A stretch of 64,000 bases of DNA from an uncultured Muribaculaceae bacterium (GTDB lineage: Bacteria > Bacillota_I > Bacilli_A > RF39 > UBA660), in assembly GCA_964636965.1 (NCBI GenBank), contig CAZWST010000001.1, positions 16,302 to 80,301 on the forward strand, in the 5' to 3' direction. The notes beneath the pieces are model-generated. The model was given only the letters and a program-made list of their open reading frames with translations, was not told the DNA's origin and searched no databases. Positions 47,572-58,679 of the stretch are shown piece by piece (the stretch's first letter is position 1; each line of letters opens with the position of its first letter). A program made the position numbers and the translations under genes.

Positions 47572-47608
47572 AACTTACGAACTAAAATAGTCCGTAAGTT
47601 ATTTTTTA
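47572..47608 (+). terminator. Rho-independent terminator
   Basis: AACTTACG / CGTAAGTT stem, 13-nt loop, T run. Confidence 0.55.
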
Positions 47609-47681
47609 ATGGAGCCATAGTTGAGTGATTACACAACTTTTTCTCGTATGAGGATGATATATAAATCATCCATCTATAAAT

Positions 47682-47690
47682 ATTATAGCA
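47682..47690 (-). promoter_or_regulatory. Outward-facing extended -10 promoter at the left end of the island
   Basis: Minus-strand TGCTATAAT just after the STAND stop; no minus-strand gene downstream for more than 3.8 kb. Confidence 0.4.
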
Positions 47691-47720
47691 CATTTTATTC
47701 TTTTTTTGAAATACTATTTG

Positions 47721-50700
47721 TTAGTTAAGAAAGTCATCAACATATTCTTCAATTTGTGTTCTTTTAATTTCTTGTTTATAACTATCAATTCTTTCATTTA
47801 AATAATTAATATGCTCTATATATAATAATTTATCTTTTCCTTTAATTTTTGTTAGTAAAGATTGAATAAATTCTATCTTTTGTTCAATAATTGGAATTCT
47901 ACTTCCACTCCATGATTCAGAATGGGAGAATAGACATACATTTTTGAATATTTCAATATTATTTGTATTATCTAGCAAAAATAATATCAATTCTTCTTTT
48001 AAACTATTGTCTTTCTCTCCAATTACATAAAATAAATAGTAAATTTCCTCTTTGTCATTCTTAGATTCTAATATCTTATTTTTGAACCAGCCTATTTGAT
48101 TATTTTTTATATTTTCCTCTGTAGCTGATTCAAATAATGAGTGTAATCGCAAATATCCTAAGTTAGAATCAATTATTTTATTGTAATTATAAGAAATTAT
48201 TTCATTATGTTTAGGATGAGTCCATATTTTTTTTATAATATTTTTGATTTTACCTGTATGATTATATCTATCTTTTTCGAGGATTTTGTTTAATAAATCA
48301 TAATTATTTATGCACAACAAATATCCTAAATTACCTTCATAATCTCCATGACATTCTACTGATTTCAAATATAATTCTTCAAGTAGCTTTTTATTAGCGA
48401 ATGCATTATATACAATTTCAGCATATTCTTCATCAGCAAATGAAATTGTATAACATGAATACAAACCAAATTCATCTTGCTCTAATATTTCCTTCGTATA
48501 ATTTTCTAATAATCCTTTATTGTACTTAGAATATTCAATAACACTTTCGATTGATAAAGTATATTTATTAGTAGTATTTTGATTTTTTATAAAATCTTTT
48601 ACTATGAATATATATTTTTTATTATGATAGTTATTAAGTATACATGTTAATAAGTAATATTTCTTTGTTGTATTACTTTTTATTATATTAGCTATTATTG
48701 CATCTAATAAATCTTTATCTAATATATCTCTGATAAAGAACAGTCCGTTTACAAATGGACAGTCTTCATATAAATACGATTTAAAAATATCTTTGAATAA
48801 AGAAGCGTCTTTGGCTATTAAATATTTAAATAAGATATCCAATGAACTTTGTATTTTCCAGTTGTCAACTTTTATGTTTTGTTTTTCAACTTTATTTAAA
48901 GTTTGAAATATTTTTGTGTAAGATTCTTTATTTTTGTTTTCTAAAAATTGTATTAACTCTTTATTTGATTTTCCATAATCATATTTTTCAAATATATTTA
49001 TTATTAGAAATTCTGGACATTCTTTATACTTTTCTAATGAAATTGGTATATCTACTTTTAATTTTTCGCATTTTAGTTTTAGTAAGTATAATATTTTGCT
49101 CTGTGTTATAGAAATATTTTTCCAGTTAATAAAGTAGTTTTCGTCTAAATATTGTACATCATTTTTTAATATTTCTATTTGATCATTGTCATAGAACCAG
49201 ATTGACTCATTTAATAGTATTTTATAATTACATTTATTTTCATCGCATAGCTGAAACACGATATCAAATAGTTTTTTTCTGAATAAGAAAACATTTTCAC
49301 TTTCTTGCAATTTTAGTGTAATAAGATTAATTGTTCTTGCATTTTTTCCCTGTTCACTAATATGAAATTCTAATTCTAGGCAATATAGTAAAGACTGTTC
49401 TAATAATATATGATATATATCTTTCATTTTAGAATTTTCTTCTTCTTTATACTTTGAATATAATATACCAGTAATTTCAACTTCTAATGCAAAGCTAGGA
49501 TATAATTCTTTTACTAGCCAATAATCTTTAAGGCTTTTACATATTTCATTATATAATCCTGGCTTTTTTTCAAGATACGACAATAGTAATTCAAAAGACA
49601 TTTTTAAATATTCTGTATTTTTAAAATCAGATATTAGATTTAATAAACCATCATTTAAATAAACATTACTATTATATTTAATTTCTTCAGGAAGTTCCTC
49701 TTTGGTATAACTGTCAATTTTATTTTTAATTTTAAGTAATGCCTTTGAAGGGTTGACATTATGAAAATATTCTACAAATTTCCAATTATTGTTATAAGTC
49801 TCTTCATTCCATACTTTATTTATTTCTGCTGTTATGTAATTAAGTGTTTCTTCATTATAAAATTGTTCATTAATCATATTTATTGCATTAATAAATTTAT
49901 TAATAAAATTAGGGTATAGTTTCTTTAACAAATCTGAAATTGTAATTATTTTATCAACAATTAGATATTTGCATAATAGATAATTAGCAAAATTTTGATC
50001 ACAAATTTTTAATGCATCTTCATTAAAATAGTCAATTAGTTCCATATCTCTTAATTTTTTAAATTCATTTACATCAAAAATTTGCAAATCACTTAATATT
50101 TTTTTTACAATTTCATTAGAAGTACTTATTGGAGATAGTAATGAGATATAGAATAATATATCCATTTCATGAGATGATATATTTTTTTCTTTAAAAATAC
50201 TATCGTAATAATTTTTAAAAACATCATACACACTATTTAAAGATTCTATCTTTCCGTCTCTAACAGCAATAAAACTCATTATTGCTAGTCGCGGATTGCC
50301 ATTTGCTATTTTTAGTATTTTTTCTTGCCAATTCTTATTTTTAACATTATAATTTTTTTCTAAAATATCTATAAGTTCTGAATCTTCCATTTTATTTAAT
50401 AGATAAATATTAGGTTCAATACATGCATTTAATTTATTTAGAACATCATCTAGTAAATAATCTCTAACAGTTGCAACTATTTTTATTTCTTCATTTTTAT
50501 TAGTTATTATTAAATCAATAATTGAGTTTAATCCATTAAGATTATTAATATCATCGATAAATATAATATACTTTTTATCACTTTTTATAGATGTTTTTAT
50601 ATCATCATATAAATTTAAACCGTTTATTCTAATACATAATGGAGTATAATTATCTTTTTGTTCTAGTTCCTTTAATATTTCTAATGAGATTTTGGTTTTA

Positions 50701-51338
50701 CCATTACCTGGCTTTCCAGATATTATTGTCATTTTTGAATCCATAATATTTTTGTAAATTAAATCTTTATCTTTTCTATATATAAAGTCTAGCTCTAAAG
50801 GGGAATTAATTGAAAATTTATCATAACGTTCTATAAATGTTTTTATATCACTAATTTGATTTGTATCTATTGGTATATTTAAAAAATCATATGCAATGCC
50901 TTGATAATTTTCACAAATGTCATGTGCCATAGAGTCTATATCCATTAAAGTTATTTTAATGCCTGGCACCAAATTAATTAATTTATTATAATCTCCTGGT
51001 TTTATATTTGTATTTGTATGAAAACAAATAATTTCTTTAATTTGTTCTTTCGTTATTCCTGTTTTCTTTTCATCACATGCTTCTTTAATATCTTTGGTTA
51101 GTTTAGCAATTGACTCTTTTTCTACTGTACCATACATTAGTAAAGTGTATTTTTGATTTTCATCAATTGAATAAGAATCTGGAATTCCTTTGGTTGTTTT
51201 ATTTGTTCCTTCTTTGCTTCCTAAGTCATGCATATTACTAAATTCAAATTTTTTAATACTATATTCTGAGCAAAAACGCTGATATTCGCCTGGTCCTAAG
51301 CTTAGTATTGCATTTTGTATTTCAATAAATTTTGACAT
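47721..51338 (-). CDS. STAND-type P-loop NTPase with N-terminal nuclease-like head and long helical C-terminal region (Avs-like)
   Basis: Walker A GKPGNGKT (208-215), Walker B YIIFIDD (257-263), ANGNPRLAI (344-351), about 850-aa C-terminal region; N-terminal GxxG...KGIPD...LLMYGTVEK. Confidence 0.6.
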   Translation of the reverse strand: MSKFIEIQNAILSLGPGEYQRFCSEYSIKKFEFSNMHDLGSKEGTNKTTKGIPDSYSIDENQKYTLLMYGTVEKESIAKLTKDIKEACDEKKTGITKEQIKEIICFHTNTNIKPGDYNKLINLVPGIKITLMDIDSMAHDICENYQGIAYDFLNIPIDTNQISDIKTFIERYDKFSINSPLELDFIYRKDKDLIYKNIMDSKMTIISGKPGNGKTKISLEILKELEQKDNYTPLCIRINGLNLYDDIKTSIKSDKKYIIFIDDINNLNGLNSIIDLIITNKNEEIKIVATVRDYLLDDVLNKLNACIEPNIYLLNKMEDSELIDILEKNYNVKNKNWQEKILKIANGNPRLAIMSFIAVRDGKIESLNSVYDVFKNYYDSIFKEKNISSHEMDILFYISLLSPISTSNEIVKKILSDLQIFDVNEFKKLRDMELIDYFNEDALKICDQNFANYLLCKYLIVDKIITISDLLKKLYPNFINKFINAINMINEQFYNEETLNYITAEINKVWNEETYNNNWKFVEYFHNVNPSKALLKIKNKIDSYTKEELPEEIKYNSNVYLNDGLLNLISDFKNTEYLKMSFELLLSYLEKKPGLYNEICKSLKDYWLVKELYPSFALEVEITGILYSKYKEEENSKMKDIYHILLEQSLLYCLELEFHISEQGKNARTINLITLKLQESENVFLFRKKLFDIVFQLCDENKCNYKILLNESIWFYDNDQIEILKNDVQYLDENYFINWKNISITQSKILYLLKLKCEKLKVDIPISLEKYKECPEFLIINIFEKYDYGKSNKELIQFLENKNKESYTKIFQTLNKVEKQNIKVDNWKIQSSLDILFKYLIAKDASLFKDIFKSYLYEDCPFVNGLFFIRDILDKDLLDAIIANIIKSNTTKKYYLLTCILNNYHNKKYIFIVKDFIKNQNTTNKYTLSIESVIEYSKYNKGLLENYTKEILEQDEFGLYSCYTISFADEEYAEIVYNAFANKKLLEELYLKSVECHGDYEGNLGYLLCINNYDLLNKILEKDRYNHTGKIKNIIKKIWTHPKHNEIISYNYNKIIDSNLGYLRLHSLFESATEENIKNNQIGWFKNKILESKNDKEEIYYLFYVIGEKDNSLKEELILFLLDNTNNIEIFKNVCLFSHSESWSGSRIPIIEQKIEFIQSLLTKIKGKDKLLYIEHINYLNERIDSYKQEIKRTQIEEYVDDFLN

Positions 51339-51388
51339 ATTTTACCTCCTAATAAAAAAACTATTATAATTACATCAGAATTAATTGT

Positions 51389-51808
51389 TTATGTATCATT
51401 TATTATTGAATTTAATGTTTCATCATTTATATTCCACAAGCCCAGCTTTCCATTTATTTCTCGGTGATAATCAATCTTTTTTATGTTTTTCAATTTCCAT
51501 GCATAACCAGTTCTTATTTTATTCCCATATGCTATATTATTTTCAGCAATTATTTTTTTATTTAATTGCTCATCTAATTCTAAGCAATCTTCAATTTCCG
51601 CAATAGCAACTATTCTTCTTGAAAGAAACTCTAAATTCATATTATCATATTTTTTTATGTCTTCTTTATCTATTCCAGTCCCAGCATGAATTAATATTTT
51701 TCCTCTATATTTTGTTTTCCAGGATCTAAATTCATATTTTTTGATTCCTTCTGCAACTAATGTTGCCCAAGGTTGTCTTAATGTTATTACCTTCAATTTA
51801 ATCACCAC
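51389..51808 (-). CDS. ASCH-domain protein
   Basis: KVITLRQPWATLVAEGIKKYEFRSWKTKYRGKILIHAG; likely true start is TTG at 51796 after GGTGAT. Confidence 0.7.
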   Translation of the reverse strand: MVIKLKVITLRQPWATLVAEGIKKYEFRSWKTKYRGKILIHAGTGIDKEDIKKYDNMNLEFLSRRIVAIAEIEDCLELDEQLNKKIIAENNIAYGNKIRTGYAWKLKNIKKIDYHREINGKLGLWNINDETLNSIINDT

Positions 51809-51812
51809 TTAT

Positions 51813-51821
51813 ATTTTATCA
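51813..51821 (-). promoter_or_regulatory. Extended -10 promoter for the ASCH and STAND genes
   Basis: Minus-strand TGATAAAAT immediately upstream of the ASCH RBS. Confidence 0.45.
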
Positions 51822-51868
51822 TATTTTTTATAAATTCTTAGAAGTTACTTAGGAATAACTTAAAATTA

Positions 51869-51877
51869 TGGTATAAT
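51869..51877 (+). promoter_or_regulatory. Extended -10 promoter for the R-M operon
   Basis: TGGTATAAT, divergent from the ASCH promoter. Confidence 0.5.
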
Positions 51878-51902
51878 TATTTGTGAGGTAATGGTGATAT
51901 AT

Positions 51903-53003
51903 ATGAGTAAGATATACAAAACGATAGATTTATTTTCAGGTTTGGGTGGAATAAGAAAAGGTTATGAAATGACAGGAAGATTTAAGAATGTTTTATCTGC
52001 AGATGTAGATAAGTATGCATGTCTTACTTATAAACACCTTTATGGTGAAGATTCATATAATGACGTTACCTCAGAAGAATTTAAAGAAAAGGTTAAGAAA
52101 ACAAATTATGATATTTTGCTAGGTGGTTTCCCTTGTCAAGCATTTTCTATTGCAGGCCTTCAAAAAGGTTTTGCTGATGAAACTAGAGGAACATTATTTT
52201 TTGATATTGCAGATATTATTAGAAGAACACGACCAAAAGCATTTATGTTAGAAAATGTTGAGGGATTGTTAAAACACGATAAAGGAAATACTTTTAAAGT
52301 TATTACAAAAGTTTTAGATGAATTAGATTATAAAATTGTAGGTGTTGATTTTTGTGGAGATAATCCTATTTATAATTCAAAAGATTTAGTTAGAACTACA
52401 AAAGACTTTGGCATTCCTCAAAAAAGAGCAAGAATATTTATAATGGGTTTTAGGAGAGATATTATTCCAAATAATTATGTTTTTCCTAATTTACCAGATC
52501 ACTCTGATAATAAAATATATAAAAATTTATATGATTTATTGGATGATAATGTTGATCCAAAATATTATTTATCGGAGAAATTATTAACTACATTAAAAAA
52601 TCATAAAAATAATCATTCAGCAGTTAAATCTGGTTTTGGTTATATAGTTGTTAATGAAGGAGATAATCCTGTTTCAAATACAATAATGGCAACTGGTGGT
52701 TCTGGTAAAGAAAGGAATTTAGTAAGACAACATCATAAAGAATATGATAATTTAATAGTTGGTAAAAAAAATCCAATTAATACTGAAGGAATAAGGAATA
52801 TGACACCTCGCGAATGGGGAAAATTACAAGGTTTTATAAATTATGCATTTATTGAAAACGGAGTTGATACTTTCTCTTTTCCTGAAGGAATTAGTGATAC
52901 ACAGCAATATAAATTATTTGGTAATTCAGTATCTATTCCAGTAATACATGAAATGGCAAAGTATATGATAGAAAGGTTGGATGAATTTTATGGCAATGAA
53001 TAA
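51903..53003 (+). CDS. DNA (cytosine-5) methyltransferase
   Basis: Motif I DLFSGLGG, IV GFPCQAFS, VI ENVEGL, VIII QKRARIFI, X GNSVSIPV. Confidence 0.9.
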   Translation: MSKIYKTIDLFSGLGGIRKGYEMTGRFKNVLSADVDKYACLTYKHLYGEDSYNDVTSEEFKEKVKKTNYDILLGGFPCQAFSIAGLQKGFADETRGTLFFDIADIIRRTRPKAFMLENVEGLLKHDKGNTFKVITKVLDELDYKIVGVDFCGDNPIYNSKDLVRTTKDFGIPQKRARIFIMGFRRDIIPNNYVFPNLPDHSDNKIYKNLYDLLDDNVDPKYYLSEKLLTTLKNHKNNHSAVKSGFGYIVVNEGDNPVSNTIMATGGSGKERNLVRQHHKEYDNLIVGKKNPINTEGIRNMTPREWGKLQGFINYAFIENGVDTFSFPEGISDTQQYKLFGNSVSIPVIHEMAKYMIERLDEFYGNE

Positions 53004-54054
53004 AGGTGAATGGTCAGAACTATATGCAATTTTGCATATGCTATCTGAACCAGACTTAACAATTGTAGATGATAATTTAGAAGAAATAACTAATGAGTTA
53101 TATAGTGTTAAAAATTTGTCAGTTAAAGAACAAGAGAACATTATTAAATATGTTTTAGAAAACAATATGGATGTACAAGTGTATTTTAATAATGATATTA
53201 AACAACTTATTTCAAAAGAAGAAATTGCTTTTAATAAAAAATTAATATTTGATGGAATCATACATTCTATTAATGGTAATGGTGCTTTTGAAATATCTGG
53301 ATCGAATGCAATATTATCTAAAATGACTCCAGATGTTTTATTAAAAGCTTCTTCTTACTCAAAAGCTGATTTGCAAGCTTTAGTTTTAGATAAAAGACTT
53401 GGTGAAGAAAAAGAATTAAAATATAGTATTAAGTCCAGCTTAGGTAATCCTGCAACTATTTTAAATGCAAGTACACAGACAAACTTTGTTTATGAAGTTA
53501 AAGGAATATCTAAAGCTGATATAGAAAAAATAAATTCGATAGATACACGAACTAAATTACTTGATAGAATTAAGATGATTAGAAAACTAAATGGGGAAAT
53601 TAATTTTGTAAAAGTTCAAAATGATAACTTTGAATATAATCTAAAACTTATTGATAGTAATATGCCAAATTATCTTGGTGATGCTTTACTTAATTCTTAT
53701 GAAAAGAATACAAAAAATTTGAAATCATTATTTTTAATGTCTTCCAAATTTGATGATGAGACATTTGCATTAAAAAAGTTAGGAGATTTTTTAGAAGGAA
53801 TAAGTTTCGGATTTTTTCCTAGCAAAAAATGGGATGGTATAAATGATGTAAATGGAGGCCTTATAGTTGTTAAAAGAAATGGTTCTGTTGTTATATTAGA
53901 CTTGATTTATTATAGAAACGAAGTAAGAAAATATTTAATTGATAGAACAAAATTTGACTCTCCAAGCACAACACGATATAAAATGTTAGAATTATTTGAA
54001 AAAAATGGTAAAATTTATTTTACTTTGAATTTGCAAATAAGATATTCTGAATAA
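52981..54054 (+). CDS. Type II restriction endonuclease, HpaII-like
   Basis: N-terminal NKGEWSELYAILHMLS recalled as typical of HpaII-family enzymes; about 355 aa; overlaps the methylase stop; start 52981, 52990 or 52996. Confidence 0.55.
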   Translation: MNFMAMNKGEWSELYAILHMLSEPDLTIVDDNLEEITNELYSVKNLSVKEQENIIKYVLENNMDVQVYFNNDIKQLISKEEIAFNKKLIFDGIIHSINGNGAFEISGSNAILSKMTPDVLLKASSYSKADLQALVLDKRLGEEKELKYSIKSSLGNPATILNASTQTNFVYEVKGISKADIEKINSIDTRTKLLDRIKMIRKLNGEINFVKVQNDNFEYNLKLIDSNMPNYLGDALLNSYEKNTKNLKSLFLMSSKFDDETFALKKLGDFLEGISFGFFPSKKWDGINDVNGGLIVVKRNGSVVILDLIYYRNEVRKYLIDRTKFDSPSTTRYKMLELFEKNGKIYFTLNLQIRYSE

Positions 54055-54056
54055 TA

Positions 54057-54100
54057 AAAAGATGATTAGAGTTTATAATTATAACTCAAAATCATCTTTT
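54057..54100. terminator. Long bidirectional hairpin terminator
   Basis: AAAAGATGATT...AATCATCTTTT outer stem with an inner AT-rich stem, between convergent genes. Confidence 0.7.
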
Positions 54101-55446
54101 TCTTTGACTTGTTCTCCATAACCTAAAATATTATCATAAGTTTCTGTACTAATTATTTTATGGTCATGCATATCTTCTAAAACCTCAATATAAGAATTTT
54201 CTTTATCTTTTCTATTTATCATTTTCTTAAATAAATTAACTAGTCTTTTAAAGAATTGTTCTAATTGTTGAAATCTATATTTTAGATTGAAATTATCTTG
54301 CCTTAACTCATCAATTCTATCTTGTTGTTCATTAACTTTTGTAGTTAGATTATCAACTCTTAATTCTAATGCTTCATTATTTTCTCGTAAATTTTTAATT
54401 TTTTTTGAATCTTGCCTAACTTGTTTAGTAATAATATTTAAGTTTGCTGATAATTCTTTTACATCTCTATATTTATCAGTTGTTTTATCAACTTTATCAA
54501 TATAATCTTCTAATTTATCTTTTTGCTCTTTAGAAATGAAAAATAAATCATCTCTTAAAGGAACTTTTTTTAACTTGTCTATTTCAATTTTGATATCGGT
54601 AGAAGTAGACTTAAGTTCTAAAGAATTATTGCTTATTGTATCTATTTCTTTTTGATGCTTTTCAATTAAATCTTTTGTTTCTTGATAATTAGTCATGTCA
54701 GATACATGAATATCTCTGTTTCTTCCTTTTAGTTTTTGCTTTAAAGTTGCTTCCATGTTGTACTCTTTGTTATATTCTTCAATACATAAAGTTCGCATTT
54801 TATCTTGTAATTCTTTTAAAGAAGTTCTAGTAAATACATCAGTTTTTCCTACTTGCATAGACATACCAGTTTTACAATTATATTTAATTGGTACACCAAC
54901 AATATGCATATGTGGACTTGTTTCATCATAATGAATGATAGCACTACATACTTTAAAGTTTGGAACTAATAGTTCTAAATCATCAACTTGTTTAGAATAT
55001 ACACTAGTCATTTTATGCTTATAATTTAAATCTTTAGTATCCCAGAACTTCTTATCTCCAAGTTCAATTATAATCTCGCAAGCTAAATCGCTTTTAGAGT
55101 TATCACTAACTTTTTTAAAGTAATTATCTATTTTTCTATCATCTCTAGTTTGTTTATTATTGTATTCAAGTCTTGCTTCTTCAAATTCATTTTTATAAAA
55201 TTTTTCTATATCTTTATAAAGAGAAGAAGTACCTTTAACAATAACTATCTCATCTTGCTTATTATCATACATTCTGTAATTATGATGATCTACTTTTGAT
55301 AATTGTTTAGTGTTTTGTATTGCGTTATTGCTCATTGAAGTAGTACTACTAATATTATTTTTTGCAGAATTTCTTACACTATTTTTTCTATTTTTATCAC
55401 TACCTAAATGTAGTGAATATGCAAGTTCACTTATTATAATCACCAT
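54079..55446 (-). CDS. MobV (Pre/Mob) family relaxase
   Basis: HHNYR (HxxR) and HYDETSPHMHIVGVP (HxDExxPHxH) motifs; coiled-coil C-terminal half. Confidence 0.8.
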   Translation of the reverse strand: MVIIISELAYSLHLGSDKNRKNSVRNSAKNNISSTTSMSNNAIQNTKQLSKVDHHNYRMYDNKQDEIVIVKGTSSLYKDIEKFYKNEFEEARLEYNNKQTRDDRKIDNYFKKVSDNSKSDLACEIIIELGDKKFWDTKDLNYKHKMTSVYSKQVDDLELLVPNFKVCSAIIHYDETSPHMHIVGVPIKYNCKTGMSMQVGKTDVFTRTSLKELQDKMRTLCIEEYNKEYNMEATLKQKLKGRNRDIHVSDMTNYQETKDLIEKHQKEIDTISNNSLELKSTSTDIKIEIDKLKKVPLRDDLFFISKEQKDKLEDYIDKVDKTTDKYRDVKELSANLNIITKQVRQDSKKIKNLRENNEALELRVDNLTTKVNEQQDRIDELRQDNFNLKYRFQQLEQFFKRLVNLFKKMINRKDKENSYIEVLEDMHDHKIISTETYDNILGYGEQVKEKDDFEL

Positions 55447-55469
55447 CCTTTTTTATAGGTGTATTTGGT

Positions 55470-55507
55470 TATGACAAAATACATAACCCCCTAGGTATCT
55501 TGTCATA
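55470..55507. promoter_or_regulatory. Candidate oriT hairpin
   Basis: TATGACAA-A-ATAC ... GTAT-C-TTGTCATA imperfect inverted repeat with a C-rich loop, just upstream of the relaxase gene. Confidence 0.4.
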
Positions 55508-55665
55508 CTAACAAGATTCCAGTGGGCCAAGGTTTAACACCTTAGAATCCGTTTTCTTTATTTCGTAATATTTCAAAACTACGTAATGAAATAAAACTAC
55601 ATAAAGTATTGATATAAAATACTATCGCCACTTTCATTCTTTCAGAACAAAACGTGCCACGTATT

Positions 55666-57658
<1,993 letters not shown>

Positions 57659-57784
57659 CAAAATTTTCAATATTATAAAATTTTTGTTTACATATATATT
57701 TTATCATAGATATACCTCTCTTTCTAGAGAATACCTCTTTCATTAGTTATTTATAATATCATTTTTGAAAATAATGTCAATAGC

Positions 57785-58057
57785 TCATAGACTTTTGATA
57801 TAATCTTGTAAATCGCTAATATTTATACGCTTTTGTAGATTTTCTACATAAACATCACGGCTATGATTAAATGCAAGAAAAGTAGTACCTTTAATTATTA
57901 TCTTATTTGGCTCTATATAATTGATATTTGTTTTTTCAATCCTACGAATAGAACCATTGATAAAATTTGCCTTAACATTACAAAAATCACATATAAATTG
58001 AATCTTTGTTTTAAGTTCTTCAGCAATAGGCACTTCTTGAGTTGTAATATTTAACAT
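57785..58057 (-). CDS. Hypothetical protein
   Basis: 90-aa ORF co-oriented with 58073..58360. Confidence 0.45.
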   Translation of the reverse strand: MLNITTQEVPIAEELKTKIQFICDFCNVKANFINGSIRRIEKTNINYIEPNKIIIKGTTFLAFNHSRDVYVENLQKRINISDLQDYIKSL

Positions 58058-58072
58058 AAAACTCTATCCTTT

Positions 58073-58360
58073 CTATAATTCATAATCATCTTTATCCCAT
58101 TCTGTATAAGGAGTAGGACTAGCAAGTAGTCTTTTTGATTCTGAATCATACTTAACATATTTATTAATTTTTAATTCAAGTAAGGCACCTTTTATTGCTT
58201 CTTTATTATCAGTACATAATTTTTCTATTTCAGTTCCAATGATTTCATCTTGAAATAAAACAATACTCAATAAACCTTTAGCATTTAAAGATAAGTTTTT
58301 ATCAGTTAAATATTTCATCATAGACTTATAGATATAAAATTGTTTCATTATTTTCACCAT
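58073..58360 (-). CDS. Small winged-helix-like protein
   Basis: 95 aa; LSLNAKGLLSIVLFQ...EAIKGALLELKINKYV resembles a wHTH; C-terminus DKDDYEL. Confidence 0.4.
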   Translation of the reverse strand: MVKIMKQFYIYKSMMKYLTDKNLSLNAKGLLSIVLFQDEIIGTEIEKLCTDNKEAIKGALLELKINKYVKYDSESKRLLASPTPYTEWDKDDYEL

Positions 58361-58420
58361 CCTTTCTTTCGATTGGATGATTTATTTGTATTTCCAAGCT
58401 CACATATGGAGTTCGGAACA

Positions 58421-58447
58421 CAAAAAAATCTATCTTTCGATAGATTT
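58421..58447 (-). terminator. Rho-independent terminator after tRNA-Gly
   Basis: Minus strand AAATCTATC-GAAA-GATAGATTT then T7. Confidence 0.7.
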
Positions 58448-58486
58448 ATATATCAAGCTCAGAAAAGTTCCGAGCAGATTCCTCAA

Positions 58487-58561
58487 TGGAGCAAGTGAGG
58501 AGAATCGAACTCCCGTCTCAACCTTGGCAAGGTCGCATTCTAGCCGTTGAACCACACCTGC
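58487..58561 (-). tRNA. tRNA-Gly (anticodon GCC), CCA encoded
   Basis: Hand-folded cloverleaf: acceptor GCAGGTG/CACTTGC, anticodon stem CGACC/GGTTG, loop TTGCCAA, T arm GGGAG-TTCGATT-CTCCT, U73, CCA; 75 nt. Confidence 0.9.
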
Positions 58562-58679
58562 ATTTGTTTGCATAATTAATATAACAAATATTTTCTTTTA
58601 AATCAAGATAAAATTAGTGTTGCACTTCAACTATTTAATTGTTAGAATAGTTGTATTACTTAATTTAGGAGATGAATTT

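Noticed and set aside
48842-49111. Plus-strand 89-aa ORF inside the STAND gene
   Set aside because: It is antisense, with a Phe/Leu/Ile low-complexity translation.
51385-53261. ORFs 51385..51606 (+) and 52926..53261 (-)
   Set aside because: They are antisense to the ASCH gene and to the methylase-endonuclease junction respectively, with no RBS.
57785-58360. Including the two small minus-strand genes in the mobile element
   Set aside because: A strong terminator separates them from the recombinase, and the circular-promoter model places the element end at about 57614. This is left unresolved rather than asserted.
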